A stretch of DNA of 64,000 bases from Dehalococcoidales bacterium (GCA_034434915.1 DAOTYE010000001.1:29844-93843); one strand, 5' to 3'. Shown: positions 1-8,829, numbered from the stretch's first letter. The notes: a model not told the origin generated them from the sequence alone. Numbers and translations are program-made.

Positions 1-409
1 GCCCGTCCCGGTAGGGGATGGGCACACCCATTCTTTCCACATCCACCGCGGCCTTCACCGGATGGGAGATAACCACCGGAAGGTCATGGTCAGAGAACTG
101 TACCTGACACCCGCATGCTTCCGCTTCTAGGCTGAGGTCAACCATCAGGCAGAAGGTGTCCAGCCTCAAGGTGTCAATGCTGAACTTCATGGCGTTGTAG
201 AGCACTTTAGCATCGCGCAGAGCCTGTCTCATGGTGAACCCGCTAAGCAGGATAGCTGGCGCACCGGCAAAGGCAGAGACCATGCGCCTGCCGGCAATCC
301 TCGTCAGCATGGCAAGAGAGAACCTCGTCGCCAGGAAATGGAGAAGCCAGCCAAGCGGTCTGAGCCACTTGTGCCGCCCCACCCGGTTGAGGATGTCTAT
401 TAAACACAT
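1..409 (-). CDS. URO-D / MtaA-like (uroporphyrinogen decarboxylase family) protein, N-terminal part only; runs off the window start
   Basis: Absent from the ORF track because it is open at the window edge. Minus-strand ATG at 409-407 gives MCLIDILNRVGRHK...MVSAFAGAPAILLSG...DTFCLMVDLSLEAEACGCQVQFSDHDLPVVISHPV. This resembles the D-x-S-x-EAEA-x-GC...P-x-V-x-HP stretch I recall from URO-D/MtaA-type enzymes. It starts 21 nt after the stop of the upstream oxidoreductase. Confidence 0.5.
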   Translation of the reverse strand, partial: MCLIDILNRVGRHKWLRPLGWLLHFLATRFSLAMLTRIAGRRMVSAFAGAPAILLSGFTMRQALRDAKVLYNAMKFSIDTLRLDTFCLMVDLSLEAEACGCQVQFSDHDLPVVISHPVKAAVDVERMGVPIPYRDG

Positions 410-430
410 TTTAGCTTCTGCTCCGGGGCG

Positions 431-1714
431 CTACGCCAGTTTTTTGGCGAGGCGTTTCGCCAGCGCCACGATGGTCAGAATGGGCGGGAGTCCGGGAGCG
501 GCGGGCAGGACGCTGGCGTCACATACGAAGAGGTTATTGATTTCCGTTTGCAGGTCTTTGTCCACCACTGTGCCTATGGCCGCCGTGCCTCCGGGGTGGG
601 CGCCCTGAGGCTTGGAAATGAATATGGACTTAGGGTCGGCACCGGCTTTAATCAGAATTTCTCTTGAAATTGAAGAGCCTTCATTCAGTCTGTGCCGGTC
701 TCTTTTAGTGACTGGTTTGCTCACGGAGCCATCAGGATAGACCCGGCCCGCAGGCTCATCAATAATCTTGGTCATGATGCCTATCAACCTTTTGTCCGGC
801 GCCATGAAACCCCTCAGCCCGGCTTCTATGAACCTGACTGCTCCGGGATGATTGACAAACGGTGAAAGGATGAAGCCTTTGTTCTGGTAGAAATCATGGT
901 TGACCAGTGCCATAGTAGGCTCCTGCATCAGGTTTAGTCCACCGGTTACACCATAGGTGTTCACCAGCAGGTCAATGAAGAAGCCGGCGCCAGCCTTGCT
1001 GATTCCGGAATTCTGGAGAATGGCGGGAGTACCTATTCCTCCGGCAGATAGAATCACCGTGTCGGCGGAGATGGTTATTTCCCCTTCGCGACCTCTGCCA
1101 CTGACGCCTTTTGCCCTGCCGTTTTCAGAGAGCACTTTATTGATTTTTATGCCGTAGCTGACCTGCGCGCCACTTTTTCTGGCTTCTTCCAGATAGGTCA
1201 GTGCGGTCCACTTACCTTCATAACGGCAACCCAGCACGCACTGCCCGCACTTGCGGCATTTGCCATAGTAAATAAACTTGGGCATGAGCTCCATGGTGTA
1301 GCCCAGATCTTTCGCCGCCGCCCTGAGCGCGATTGAACCCAGCGAAAGGAGTTTTTCATTGATGGGAGCGATGCGCATTTCCTTCTCAGCTTCAGCAAAC
1401 TCGTTATCCAATGTGATGCCGAGCTGGGAAAGCTCTTTTTCCAGACAGCGGACGCCATTGCCGCAGGAAACTACGGTGGAGCCTCCTGCCATCATTGCCC
1501 GCCACAGGACTGTGCCTTCTCTGGACGTTGCCGGCACGGGCAGCTTTTTGGTGTCATAGTAGCGGAGACAATTGCGGAAGGTGCCGACTTTTTCCTCGGG
1601 AATGCCGCGCTCAACAACTAGCACGTCCCTGCCGCGCCTAGCCAGCTCCCGGGCAAGAGTACCGCCGCCAGCCCCTGACCCCACGATGAGAAACTGGTAT
1701 TTTCTTTTTTCCAT
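431..1714 (-). CDS. GMC-family / FAD-dependent oxidoreductase
   Basis: N-terminal Rossmann FAD motif YQFLIVGSGAGGGTLARELARRGRDVLVVERG and a C-terminal GMC-like block GAHPGGTAAIG...LFVCDASVLP. The ORF-track start is 1738. The internal ATG at 1714 (MEKRKYQF) puts the GxGxxG at the usual distance from the N-terminus. Confidence 0.75.
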   Translation of the reverse strand: MEKRKYQFLIVGSGAGGGTLARELARRGRDVLVVERGIPEEKVGTFRNCLRYYDTKKLPVPATSREGTVLWRAMMAGGSTVVSCGNGVRCLEKELSQLGITLDNEFAEAEKEMRIAPINEKLLSLGSIALRAAAKDLGYTMELMPKFIYYGKCRKCGQCVLGCRYEGKWTALTYLEEARKSGAQVSYGIKINKVLSENGRAKGVSGRGREGEITISADTVILSAGGIGTPAILQNSGISKAGAGFFIDLLVNTYGVTGGLNLMQEPTMALVNHDFYQNKGFILSPFVNHPGAVRFIEAGLRGFMAPDKRLIGIMTKIIDEPAGRVYPDGSVSKPVTKRDRHRLNEGSSISREILIKAGADPKSIFISKPQGAHPGGTAAIGTVVDKDLQTEINNLFVCDASVLPAAPGLPPILTIVALAKRLAKKLA

Positions 1715-1810
1715 CAAAGTACCCCCTGAGAGTGTCATTCTGCGGGCATAGTAACTCTAATTGACAGGAGCGGCGTTGTCAATACCTTAAGCGAACAATT
1801 TTATGGTAGA

Positions 1811-2524
1811 ATGCGGGGATGGGGGATTGCCGTGGCTGACCTGTCTCAGCTACAAAAGGTGCTTGGCGTTTCATTCAAAAACCCAGCTTTACTTGAGCTT
1901 TCTCTGGTTCACAGCTCTTACAGTAATGAAAATCCAGATGCGGAGTCCAATGAGAGGCTTGAGTTTCTGGGTGATGCGGTCATAGGGTTTATCATCGCGG
2001 AGAAGCTTTACAGGACTTTTGCTCTGCTGTCTGAAGGCGAGATGACCCGGATTCGCGCGGAACTGGTGCGGCAGGATACCCTGGCGCACGCGGCGGAATC
2101 CATAAAGCTGGGCGAGTTTCTCTATCTGGGGAAGGGGGAGGAAGCCGGTGGGGGAAGGCGCAAACCAGCCAATCTGGCGCGGGCGTTTGAGGCAGTGGTG
2201 GGAGCAGTCTTTCTTGACCACGGTCTGGCGGCGGCGCGGAAGCTGGTGCTGACTTTACTTCATGGTGAGCTGGAAAAAGCAGTCAATATGGGGGGTGAGC
2301 CTAACTATAAGTCCCAGCTTCAGGAGCTAGTGCAGGCAAAGTATCACGTTTCACCCAGTTATCGGCTGGTAGCAGAGATTGGACCGGACCATGATAAGCG
2401 GTTTACGGTGGATGTTGTCATTAAGGATAAGGTGGCAGGCAGGGGTGTGGGAAAGAGTAAGAAGCGGGCGGAAATGGAAGCGGCACGGTTGGCGCTGAAG
2501 AAGCTGAGCCACTTTACACCGTAA
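1811..2524 (+). CDS. rnc: ribonuclease III
   Basis: RNase III signature ERLEFLGDAVIGFIIAEKLY plus a C-terminal dsRBD (KSQLQELVQ...GVGKSKKRAEMEAARLALKKL). GTG at 1832 (VADLSQLQKVLG) is an alternative start. Confidence 0.9.
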   Translation: MRGWGIAVADLSQLQKVLGVSFKNPALLELSLVHSSYSNENPDAESNERLEFLGDAVIGFIIAEKLYRTFALLSEGEMTRIRAELVRQDTLAHAAESIKLGEFLYLGKGEEAGGGRRKPANLARAFEAVVGAVFLDHGLAAARKLVLTLLHGELEKAVNMGGEPNYKSQLQELVQAKYHVSPSYRLVAEIGPDHDKRFTVDVVIKDKVAGRGVGKSKKRAEMEAARLALKKLSHFTP

Positions 2525-2583
2525 GGGCTCTTTGCTAAACTACTTTTGATAGCCACTATCATTCAAGACCTGGAGGTGTTGCT

Positions 2584-2739
2584 ATGGGAAGCAAGGATTT
2601 CCGGAGGAGAGAACCGAAAAAACCGAAGAAAGACCTCAAGAAAATCACACCGGTAACCATCGTCCAGCCCACGGTTGAAGTTGAAGTTATTAAAGTCAAA
2701 GGGAAGAAGGCTGAAGAGGAAGAGGAGGAAGAGGAATAG
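2584..2739 (+). CDS. small hypothetical protein (51 aa), basic N-terminus and poly-Glu tail
   Basis: Below the ORF-track length cut-off. ATG at 2584 is preceded by GGAGGTG (2572-2578). Translation is MGSKDFRRREPKKPKKDLKKITPVTIVQPTVEVEVIKVKGKKAEEEEEEEE, with stop TAG at 2737-2739. No family recognised. Confidence 0.4.
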   Translation: MGSKDFRRREPKKPKKDLKKITPVTIVQPTVEVEVIKVKGKKAEEEEEEEE

Positions 2740-2936
2740 CCTCAGCCTATCAGCATTTACCTAGCGCAGAGCTGAAATTCAGAGCAGAGCAAGCTAAGGC
2801 AATCTTAGCTGAATGCCACCTCTGCCCGCGCCGTTGCGGGGTCAACCGGTTTGCCGGGGAAATAGGAGAATGCCACACTGGCAGTCAGGCACTGGTCTCA
2901 AGCTACGGACCTCACTTCGGTGAGGAAGCGCCACTG

Positions 2937-3638
2937 GTGGGCAGACACGGTTCAGGAACTATCTTTTTCACTTATTGCAATCTGCATTGCATCTACTGCC
3001 AGAACTATTCTATAAGCCAGCTGGGAGAGGGTAGTCCGGTTAACAGTGAAGAGCTGGCGGGTATCATGCTTTCTCTTCAAGCGCAAGGTTGTCATAATAT
3101 TAATTTGGTCAGCCCCACACACGTCATGCCTTTTATTCTGGAGGCGCTGGTTTTGGCGGTGGCAAAAGGGCTGAGCGTGCCCCTGGTATATAATACCGGC
3201 GGCTATGATTCTCTGGAGGCTCTGAAGCTCCTTGATGGCATCGTTGACATCTATATGCCGGACATGAAGTACTCTGATGCCAGAATTGCCGAGAGACTAT
3301 CCGGTATCAAGGACTATCCGCAAGCAAATAGAGCCGCGGTTAAGGAGATGCACCGCCAGGTGGGAGACCTCAGAATAGATAGCGATGGTGTGGCGCAGAG
3401 GGGATTGCTCGTACGCCACCTGGTATTGCCGGGACGTCTGGCAGGAACTGAAGAAGTGGTGCGCTTTCTATCCGAAGAGATTTCAAAAGACACCTATCTT
3501 AATATCATGGCCCAATACCATCCCTGCTATCAAGCTTTTTATGTGGCGCAGTTGGCGCGGCGGATAACGGTAAAGGAGTTTACTGAAGCAGTGGAGCTTG
3601 CTCACCGTTACGGATTACGCCGACTGGACAGGGAGTAG
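2937..3638 (+). CDS. radical SAM protein, PflX-like (pyruvate formate-lyase activase homologue); true start probably upstream near 2736
   Basis: CNLHCIYCQN is the CxxxCxxC radical-SAM cluster motif. The same frame is open back to 2715 and encodes ASAYQHLPSAELKFRAEQAKAILAECHLCPRRCGVNRFAGEIGECHTG. That matches the conserved N-terminal Cys-rich region of PflX-type enzymes as I recall it. No ATG/GTG/TTG exists in this frame before GTG 2937. Confidence 0.8.
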   Translation: MGRHGSGTIFFTYCNLHCIYCQNYSISQLGEGSPVNSEELAGIMLSLQAQGCHNINLVSPTHVMPFILEALVLAVAKGLSVPLVYNTGGYDSLEALKLLDGIVDIYMPDMKYSDARIAERLSGIKDYPQANRAAVKEMHRQVGDLRIDSDGVAQRGLLVRHLVLPGRLAGTEEVVRFLSEEISKDTYLNIMAQYHPCYQAFYVAQLARRITVKEFTEAVELAHRYGLRRLDRE

Positions 3639-3641
3639 CAC

Positions 3642-3935
3642 ATGGAAAAGGGGACGGGAAATCTCTATTCACTCCACGCCGTTATCTACGGGCGCGTTCA
3701 GGGCGTCTTCTTCCGCGACTTCGTTGCCGGGCACGCACAGCGATTGAACCTGACTGGCTATGTGCGCAATCTGCCTGACGGGACGGTGGAGGTGCGCGCG
3801 GAAGGGTTGAAGCATCATCTGGAGGAACTGCTGGGCTATCTGAAGATTGGACCACCCTCCGCGCGCGTGCGCGAGGTGAAGACAGTGTGGTCAGGGCATA
3901 CCGGACGCTATTCAGATTTCTCCGTGAGATATTAA
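3642..3935 (+). CDS. acyP: acylphosphatase
   Basis: 97 aa with YGRVQGVFFRDFV...GYVRNLPDGTVEV, the acylphosphatase signatures. It lies 3 nt after the radical-SAM stop. Confidence 0.85.
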   Translation: MEKGTGNLYSLHAVIYGRVQGVFFRDFVAGHAQRLNLTGYVRNLPDGTVEVRAEGLKHHLEELLGYLKIGPPSARVREVKTVWSGHTGRYSDFSVRY

Positions 3936-3962
3936 CGCCAGCAGTATGGGAGTATAAGATGA

Positions 3963-3982
3963 GAGGGAGCGGAGGCTCCCTC
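3963..3982. terminator. hairpin between convergent acyP and HpcH-aldolase genes
   Basis: Perfect 8-bp stem GAGGGAGC / GCTCCCTC with a GGAG loop. The flanking U-tracts are weak, so it is probably a shared bidirectional terminator. Confidence 0.45.
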
Positions 3983-4006
3983 TTCAGAATCTGCCTGTGC
4001 TTGTTG

Positions 4007-4771
4007 CTATTGCGCCCGCACCTGCGCCAGGTAGTCCTTGGCAGTGGCTATCAGCAGGCGGCTTGAATTGCAGGTAATGTATTTATAGCCCCATTCTTTC
4101 ACTTTCTTCACACGCTTGGGGTCGTTCGCCATCGTTCCGGCGATTTTGCCCGCCCTGGTAATCTTCTGCCCGAGTTCGGCGATGGCGGCTTCCACCTCCG
4201 GGTGCTCAAACTGGCCAGGGTAGCCCAGAGAAGTTGACAGGTCAGTAGGACCGACGAAGAAGACGTCAACGCCGTCAACTTTGACCAGTTCATCTACATT
4301 CTTCATTGCTTCGCGGTTCTCAATATGGGTGATGATGATGGTCTGGCGGTTGGCTTCTTTCACATACTCCGGGAAGGGCATTTTCAGTCCGTAGTCAGCG
4401 GCGCGCACTCCGGCAAGCCCTCTCAAGCCCACCGGCGGGTATTTCACCGCCTGGACAACCGCTTCCGCATCAGCGCGGGTGTTAATCATGGGGAGCTGTA
4501 CGCCCAGCGCGCCGATGTCAAGGTAGCGGAGGATGTGCTGGCGGATGTTCATGTTTACCCTGATGATTGGAGTGATGCCCACGCTGTCCGCCGCCCGCAC
4601 CATGTGAAGACAGGTCTCAATGCCCAGAGGACCGTGTTCAGCATCAATGACCACAAAGTCAAAGCCGAGAAGCCCCAATATTTCTACGGTGGCAGGCAGA
4701 TAGAGGTCACAGAAGACGCCATAGGCAAATTCCCCATTGAGCAGTTTTTCTTTGGCTACATTTTTTCGCAT
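4007..4771 (-). CDS. HpcH/HpaI-family 2-keto-3-deoxy-acid aldolase
   Basis: 254 aa. The pattern G.F...L..P...E......G.DFVVIDAEHGP...IIRV is typical of HpaI / 2-keto-3-deoxy-L-rhamnonate aldolase-type class II pyruvate aldolases. Confidence 0.8.
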   Translation of the reverse strand: MRKNVAKEKLLNGEFAYGVFCDLYLPATVEILGLLGFDFVVIDAEHGPLGIETCLHMVRAADSVGITPIIRVNMNIRQHILRYLDIGALGVQLPMINTRADAEAVVQAVKYPPVGLRGLAGVRAADYGLKMPFPEYVKEANRQTIIITHIENREAMKNVDELVKVDGVDVFFVGPTDLSTSLGYPGQFEHPEVEAAIAELGQKITRAGKIAGTMANDPKRVKKVKEWGYKYITCNSSRLLIATAKDYLAQVRAQ

Positions 4772-4845
4772 TCAGCACTCCTTCATATTGTTACTTATTG
4801 TAATAACCGTCTGAAACTTATTGCCAGCGCCGGAGAAACAGGGAA

Positions 4846-5259
4846 TCAGGAGCTTTCAGCCTGTCTTATGCCGTAGTAGTTCTCATCTTTAAGCAGGCGT
4901 GAGATAACTGATACCGAAGAGCGGGAGACATCACCACCGCGCTTTTCATCCAGGAGCTTGCTCAATGAGGTTAAGTCAAGCGGTTCATTTTTATTGGCTA
5001 GGAAAAGGCGGAAAATGCTGGTCAGGATGGGCTGATGGTTGGTGATGAAATCAGGCTGACTGGCGCAACATTCACTGATTGTCTTGATGAGGTCATCCGG
5101 AGAAGCCTCTTTGTGCTTGCCCGTAAAGCGCTTGCGGCACTTGGCGCAGAGAGCGTCTTTCGCCAGGTTAGAAAAGGAGCGGTTATTTTGCTCGTACCAT
5201 TTCAGGTCAATAAACCATGTCTGTGCGGGCTGTTCCGTCTTCTTGTTTGCTGATGTCAT
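4846..5259 (-). CDS. hypothetical protein (137 aa), last gene of the Moco operon
   Basis: ORF with no recognisable family. It contains CAKCRKRF and ECCAS cysteine pairs. It is co-directional with the DUF362-like gene and starts 21 nt after it. Confidence 0.5.
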   Translation of the reverse strand: MTSANKKTEQPAQTWFIDLKWYEQNNRSFSNLAKDALCAKCRKRFTGKHKEASPDDLIKTISECCASQPDFITNHQPILTSIFRLFLANKNEPLDLTSLSKLLDEKRGGDVSRSSVSVISRLLKDENYYGIRQAESS

Positions 5260-5280
5260 CGGTTCACCTTTCTCCGCAGT

Positions 5281-6012
5281 TTACACCTCAAGCTCAACCT
5301 TGGCTGACTTAATCAAATCAAGGTAGTCAGTCTTCATTTTCAGCGCTTCTGAGACCTCGCGGTCAACTTCATATGGCTCGCCGACGAATATTTTACCATA
5401 TTCTTCAACTTTGCCTTTGGTCGGGTCGCCATTGCAGGTGAGTTTCTGGCGCCCTTCAACGATGCCGAGGTCAAACGGGAGGGTGAAATAAAGGTCAGCG
5501 ATGGCTTTTTCAATGCCGAATTCGTTCAGGGCTCCCCAGCCGCTTCCTGTTTTACCGGCATACTTGCTGACGGGGAGCAGGCTGAGCAAATTCATGATGC
5601 TGAAACTGCCGCGACCGTTCACAATCTTGAGGGGGGCGACGCTGATGAGGTAATCGCTGGAGATGATGACATTAGGCACCCAGAAGGTGGGAATCGCCAG
5701 CGGCTTAACGAGGGGGTTGTCCACCTCCACATAGGTGCAGTCTTTCACATCCATGGTGAGCACTCTGGGGAAGTCATAGCCCAGAGACCGGTATAGAGGA
5801 TAGACCGGCTTGCCGTCCGGTGTGCCTTCAAGAATCAAGATGTCAGCATCGCTGATGGCGCGGACGCCCTGAATAATGGCGGCAAGCATTTCCCGGCTGG
5901 TGGTCGCCGGATAGGGCACATTATAGGCGGCGCATGGTTTAATCAGGACACGCCGCGCGCGGGAAATAACGGGCGGCGCCTTGAAAATGAATTCTTCAGC
6001 ATTGAAAATCAT
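5281..6012 (-). CDS. DUF362-like protein
   Basis: VLIKPCAAYNVPYPATTSREMLAAIIQGV...ILILEG...DYLISVAPLKIVNGRGSFSIMNLLSLLP resembles the DUF362 pattern (VLIKPN...T.P.vv.A...; pklKtH...s.KN). Its ATG overlaps the mobB stop (ATGA at 6009-6012). Confidence 0.55.
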   Translation of the reverse strand: MIFNAEEFIFKAPPVISRARRVLIKPCAAYNVPYPATTSREMLAAIIQGVRAISDADILILEGTPDGKPVYPLYRSLGYDFPRVLTMDVKDCTYVEVDNPLVKPLAIPTFWVPNVIISSDYLISVAPLKIVNGRGSFSIMNLLSLLPVSKYAGKTGSGWGALNEFGIEKAIADLYFTLPFDLGIVEGRQKLTCNGDPTKGKVEEYGKIFVGEPYEVDREVSEALKMKTDYLDLIKSAKVELEV

Positions 6013-6659
6013 TTTGCTTTCCTCATGGATAGGCGCAATCGTTTGATTTCACTTACTTTCTTGTGCCTGGAAGCGAACGCCATCATTGTCCGGGAGAGCA
6101 GGTTTGCTGTCTCGTCATTGAGCAGAACGCGTTCGTTGTTAATGATGAGGTCAATGTCTTCCTTTTTTTGCTTTGACAGATAAGTTTGTTCAATAAGGTC
6201 AGCGATTTTGCCAACCTCGTCGCGGGTGAACTGCGGCACTGGTACATTCAGCTTTTCATCCGTTATCACAGCGAGCAACTGCTCCGTAGGGCTCAGGAGC
6301 TCACTGCCCTGTTCCTGGCGGTGGACTTCAATCTTACGGTAATCGTTGCGCTTGAAACCTTCGGTCAGGATGAGGTCGCAGTCCAGCCAGAGCAGGCGTG
6401 CCAGCTCCTCAGGCGCAAAGTCATGGTCAAGGGTGTAGAAGACCGCCAGCCCGCGCCCGGCGTTGATAGCGGCTAGCTGACTGCCTGCCTTGCGGAAGCG
6501 CCAAGTGTCTTTGTTCACGGTGTCCAGCTCAATATCCTCTCCAGCATGCTTGATGACGGCAAGCTGATAGCCCCGCCGTGTCAGTTCGGCGATAAGGCTT
6601 TCCAGGAGGGTAGTCTTGCCGGAGTTTGATTTGCCCACGATTGATATGATTGGTTGCAT
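6009..6659 (-). CDS. mobB: molybdopterin-guanine dinucleotide biosynthesis adapter protein MobB, with a C-terminal extension
   Basis: The N-terminus IISIVGKSNSGKTTLLESLIAELTRRGYQLAVIKH is the MobB Walker-A region. At 216 aa it is longer than the roughly 170 aa I recall for typical MobB proteins. Confidence 0.8.
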   Translation of the reverse strand: MQPIISIVGKSNSGKTTLLESLIAELTRRGYQLAVIKHAGEDIELDTVNKDTWRFRKAGSQLAAINAGRGLAVFYTLDHDFAPEELARLLWLDCDLILTEGFKRNDYRKIEVHRQEQGSELLSPTEQLLAVITDEKLNVPVPQFTRDEVGKIADLIEQTYLSKQKKEDIDLIINNERVLLNDETANLLSRTMMAFASRHKKVSEIKRLRLSMRKAK

Positions 6660-6667
6660 GTGTATTG

Positions 6668-7948
6668 TTAGAGGTTAACCTCCTCATTCCAATCAAGCAT
6701 GATGACATCCACTATTTCTCCCGCCCGGATTTCCGCCCTGTCCTCCGGGACAATTGCCAGACCATTGGCAAGGCTCATTGAGGTGAGGATGCCAGAACCC
6801 TGCGGGCCGGTGAGGCTCGCATAATAAGTGCCGTTGCGCTTGGTCACAATTGCTCTCAGATAGACGCGGCGACCATCGCGGTTAGTTACCGGCTGTTCAA
6901 TGACTGCTTTCACCGTCGGCTTGGGGAGCGGTTTTTTGCCCATCATCTTGTACATCGCCGGGCGGGCGAAGAGCTCAAAAGTGACCATGGAACTGACCGG
7001 GTTGCCGGGCAAGCCCAGGTGAGGTATGTATTTCACCGCTCCGGCTTTGCTTTTGCCTCTGATTCTACCGAAGGCGAGTGGTTTACCGGGCTTCATGCGC
7101 ACCGTCCAGAAGGTGATTTCACCTTCTTTAGCCAGGATGTCTTTTACGATGTCATAATCGCCTGAGGAGACGCCGCCGCTGGTGATGAGCATATCTGCAT
7201 CCAACCCCTCGCGGAGCTTGTTGACCAGGGATTTCTCGTCGTCAAGGGCGATGCCCAGCACTTTCGGGATGCCGCCGTAGCGTTTGACCAGTGCCGCCAC
7301 GCTGTACGTATTGCTATTGTAGATTTTGCCCGGGGGCAGAGGCTTGCCAATTTCCACGAGCTCATTGCCGGTGGCAAGGATAGCTATGACGGGCCGGCGG
7401 ATGGCAAGCACGGTGGGGCGTCCCAGCGAGGCGAGAACGCCGACCTCAGCCGGGCGGATGATGGTGCCTTTTTTCAGGATATGCGCGCCTTTAGCTACGT
7501 CTTCTCCGGCTTGTCTGATGTTGAGACCGGGCTTGGCTGGGTATAAGATGCCTATCTCAGCGGGAGAACCGGCTGTCGCTTTTTTCTGTCGGACGGTTTC
7601 ATCAGTATCTTCAAAGCGGACCACGCTGTCCGCACCTTCCGGAACCGGCGCTCCAGTCATGATGCGGATGGCGGTACCGGGCGTTACCTTTTTCCGGGAG
7701 ATGGAGCCGGCGCTGACGGTATCAATAACTTTTAGCAAGACAGGGGATTGGACACTGGCATGCTCCGTATCTTTAGCTCTCACGGCATAGCCGTCCATGG
7801 CAGCATTGTCCAGGGGGGGGATGGAGATGTCTGAATAGACGTCTTCTGCCAGCACCTGCCCGATGGCATCCAGAATGGGCACCGGCTCTGCTTCCAGGAC
7901 ATCAGCGTAGCTCAGGATTTTTTCCAGAGCCTGCTCAACGCTTATCAC
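6668..7948 (-). CDS. moeA: molybdopterin molybdenumtransferase MoeA
   Basis: 426 aa with MoeA blocks PPLDNAAMDGYAV, IMTGAPVPEGADSVV, ITSGGVSSGDYD and MKPGKPLAFG. GTG start, 1 nt after the mobA stop. Confidence 0.9.
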   Translation of the reverse strand: MISVEQALEKILSYADVLEAEPVPILDAIGQVLAEDVYSDISIPPLDNAAMDGYAVRAKDTEHASVQSPVLLKVIDTVSAGSISRKKVTPGTAIRIMTGAPVPEGADSVVRFEDTDETVRQKKATAGSPAEIGILYPAKPGLNIRQAGEDVAKGAHILKKGTIIRPAEVGVLASLGRPTVLAIRRPVIAILATGNELVEIGKPLPPGKIYNSNTYSVAALVKRYGGIPKVLGIALDDEKSLVNKLREGLDADMLITSGGVSSGDYDIVKDILAKEGEITFWTVRMKPGKPLAFGRIRGKSKAGAVKYIPHLGLPGNPVSSMVTFELFARPAMYKMMGKKPLPKPTVKAVIEQPVTNRDGRRVYLRAIVTKRNGTYYASLTGPQGSGILTSMSLANGLAIVPEDRAEIRAGEIVDVIMLDWNEEVNL

Positions 7949-7949
7949 C

Positions 7950-8555
7950 TTATATTTCTCCTCTGCTGATTCTTTGAGCTTTTGCTAAATCCGCCTCTGT
8001 GTTCACATTGAAAAAGCTCAGGTGGCGTGGGTCAAACCGCTCAATCTCAGCGGTGTCAACATAGCGCACATTTACCCGCTGTAACAGATTGCTCAGCTTA
8101 AGGTCATTATGCTGTATCATCTCTTGTATCGGAGCCAGGCAGTCCTGACTGTACACGGCGTGAAGCGGCTCAATGAAATGTCCCACTCGCGGCAACACGA
8201 TATCAGCGTCTTCAGCGTGCGCTATCATGTAGCGCATCAGCAGAACGTTCAGGAACGGCATGTCAGAAGCAACAACGAAATTATAGCGTGAGCTTGTAGT
8301 CTTTAACCCGGTATATATGCCCCCCAGCGGACCCTTTCCGGGTAATATATCGTTTACTATCCGTGCCCGTGGGAAATGGGGCAAGCCGGGTATATTCTGC
8401 TCTTTAGCTATTATTACAATAATATCGCTGCTTACTTCGCTGATTCTGGAAATGACGAGTTCCAGTAAATTTTTATTGCTGATTTTGACCAGGGATTTGT
8501 TGCGCCCCAGCCTTAAACTCCTGCCACCAGCGAGCACAATACCGCTTATTTTCAA
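7950..8555 (-). CDS. mobA: molybdenum cofactor guanylyltransferase MobA
   Basis: GIVLAGGRSLRLGRNKS, GPLGGIYTGL and VVASDMPFL are MobA/NTP-transferase motifs. TTG start. Confidence 0.85.
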   Translation of the reverse strand: MKISGIVLAGGRSLRLGRNKSLVKISNKNLLELVISRISEVSSDIIVIIAKEQNIPGLPHFPRARIVNDILPGKGPLGGIYTGLKTTSSRYNFVVASDMPFLNVLLMRYMIAHAEDADIVLPRVGHFIEPLHAVYSQDCLAPIQEMIQHNDLKLSNLLQRVNVRYVDTAEIERFDPRHLSFFNVNTEADLAKAQRISRGEI

Positions 8556-8730
8556 GTTGGTTTTTTGCTCCGGTTAACCTCCTTGCCCCACTTATTTAAT
8601 TTTACCATATCCGTCAATACAGCGGGCGGCGTATTACTGCTCCGCCTTTTGTTTTAATGGCGCCCGGTTTGTGTTACCCTGAGTCCTTCTGCAGAAAAAC
8701 TGGTAGCCTGTGATGGTGAGGATTTGAGTC

Positions 8731-8755
8731 TGGTTCTGGATTGCGCCAGAATGAC
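8731..8755. repeat. REP-like palindromic unit, copy 1 (TGGTTCTGGATTGCGCCAGAATGAC)
   Basis: Inverted repeat TTCTGG...CCAGAA. It shares the frame TGG(N)TTCTGG-N5/6-CCAGAATGA with copies at 30439-30464 and 41161-41186. Confidence 0.7.
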
Positions 8756-8772
8756 TTTCAGGGCAGGGCTAT

Positions 8773-8802
8773 AGAAAGCAAAAGGGGGAGTTTAACTCCC
8801 CC
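8773..8802 (-). terminator. intrinsic terminator of ilvC
   Basis: On the minus strand: GGGGGAG-UUAAA-CUCCCCC followed by UUUUGCUUUCU, 28 nt after the ilvC stop. Confidence 0.65.
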
Positions 8803-8829
8803 TTCGGTCATGTGGAGATTTATATGAGG

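Noticed and set aside
407-433. The GMC-oxidoreductase stop (TAG, 431-433) is in the same frame as the downstream MtaA/URO-D-like gene. This raised the idea of TAG read-through (pyrrolysine-style) or a fusion protein.
   Set aside because: Same-frame placement happens by chance one time in three. A plausible ATG (409) with a GGAG upstream gives the downstream protein a normal family-length N-terminus. No pyl genes or methylamine methyltransferases are visible.
2715-2739. GAA/GAG purine tract considered as a microsatellite or as a -1 slippage site fusing the small ORF to the radical-SAM gene.
   Set aside because: The tract is an imperfect codon-level repeat coding for poly-Glu. A fusion would add a roughly 50-aa basic/acidic extension not seen, to my recollection, in PflX-type proteins. 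It is kept only as a minor alternative inside the start-codon finding.
4789-4804. TGTTAC-N4-TGTAAT upstream of the HpcH aldolase gene resembles the amt-promoter hexamers.
   Set aside because: There are only two half-matching hexamers, at 10-bp rather than 11-bp spacing, in an AT-rich promoter. This is too weak to link to the same regulator.
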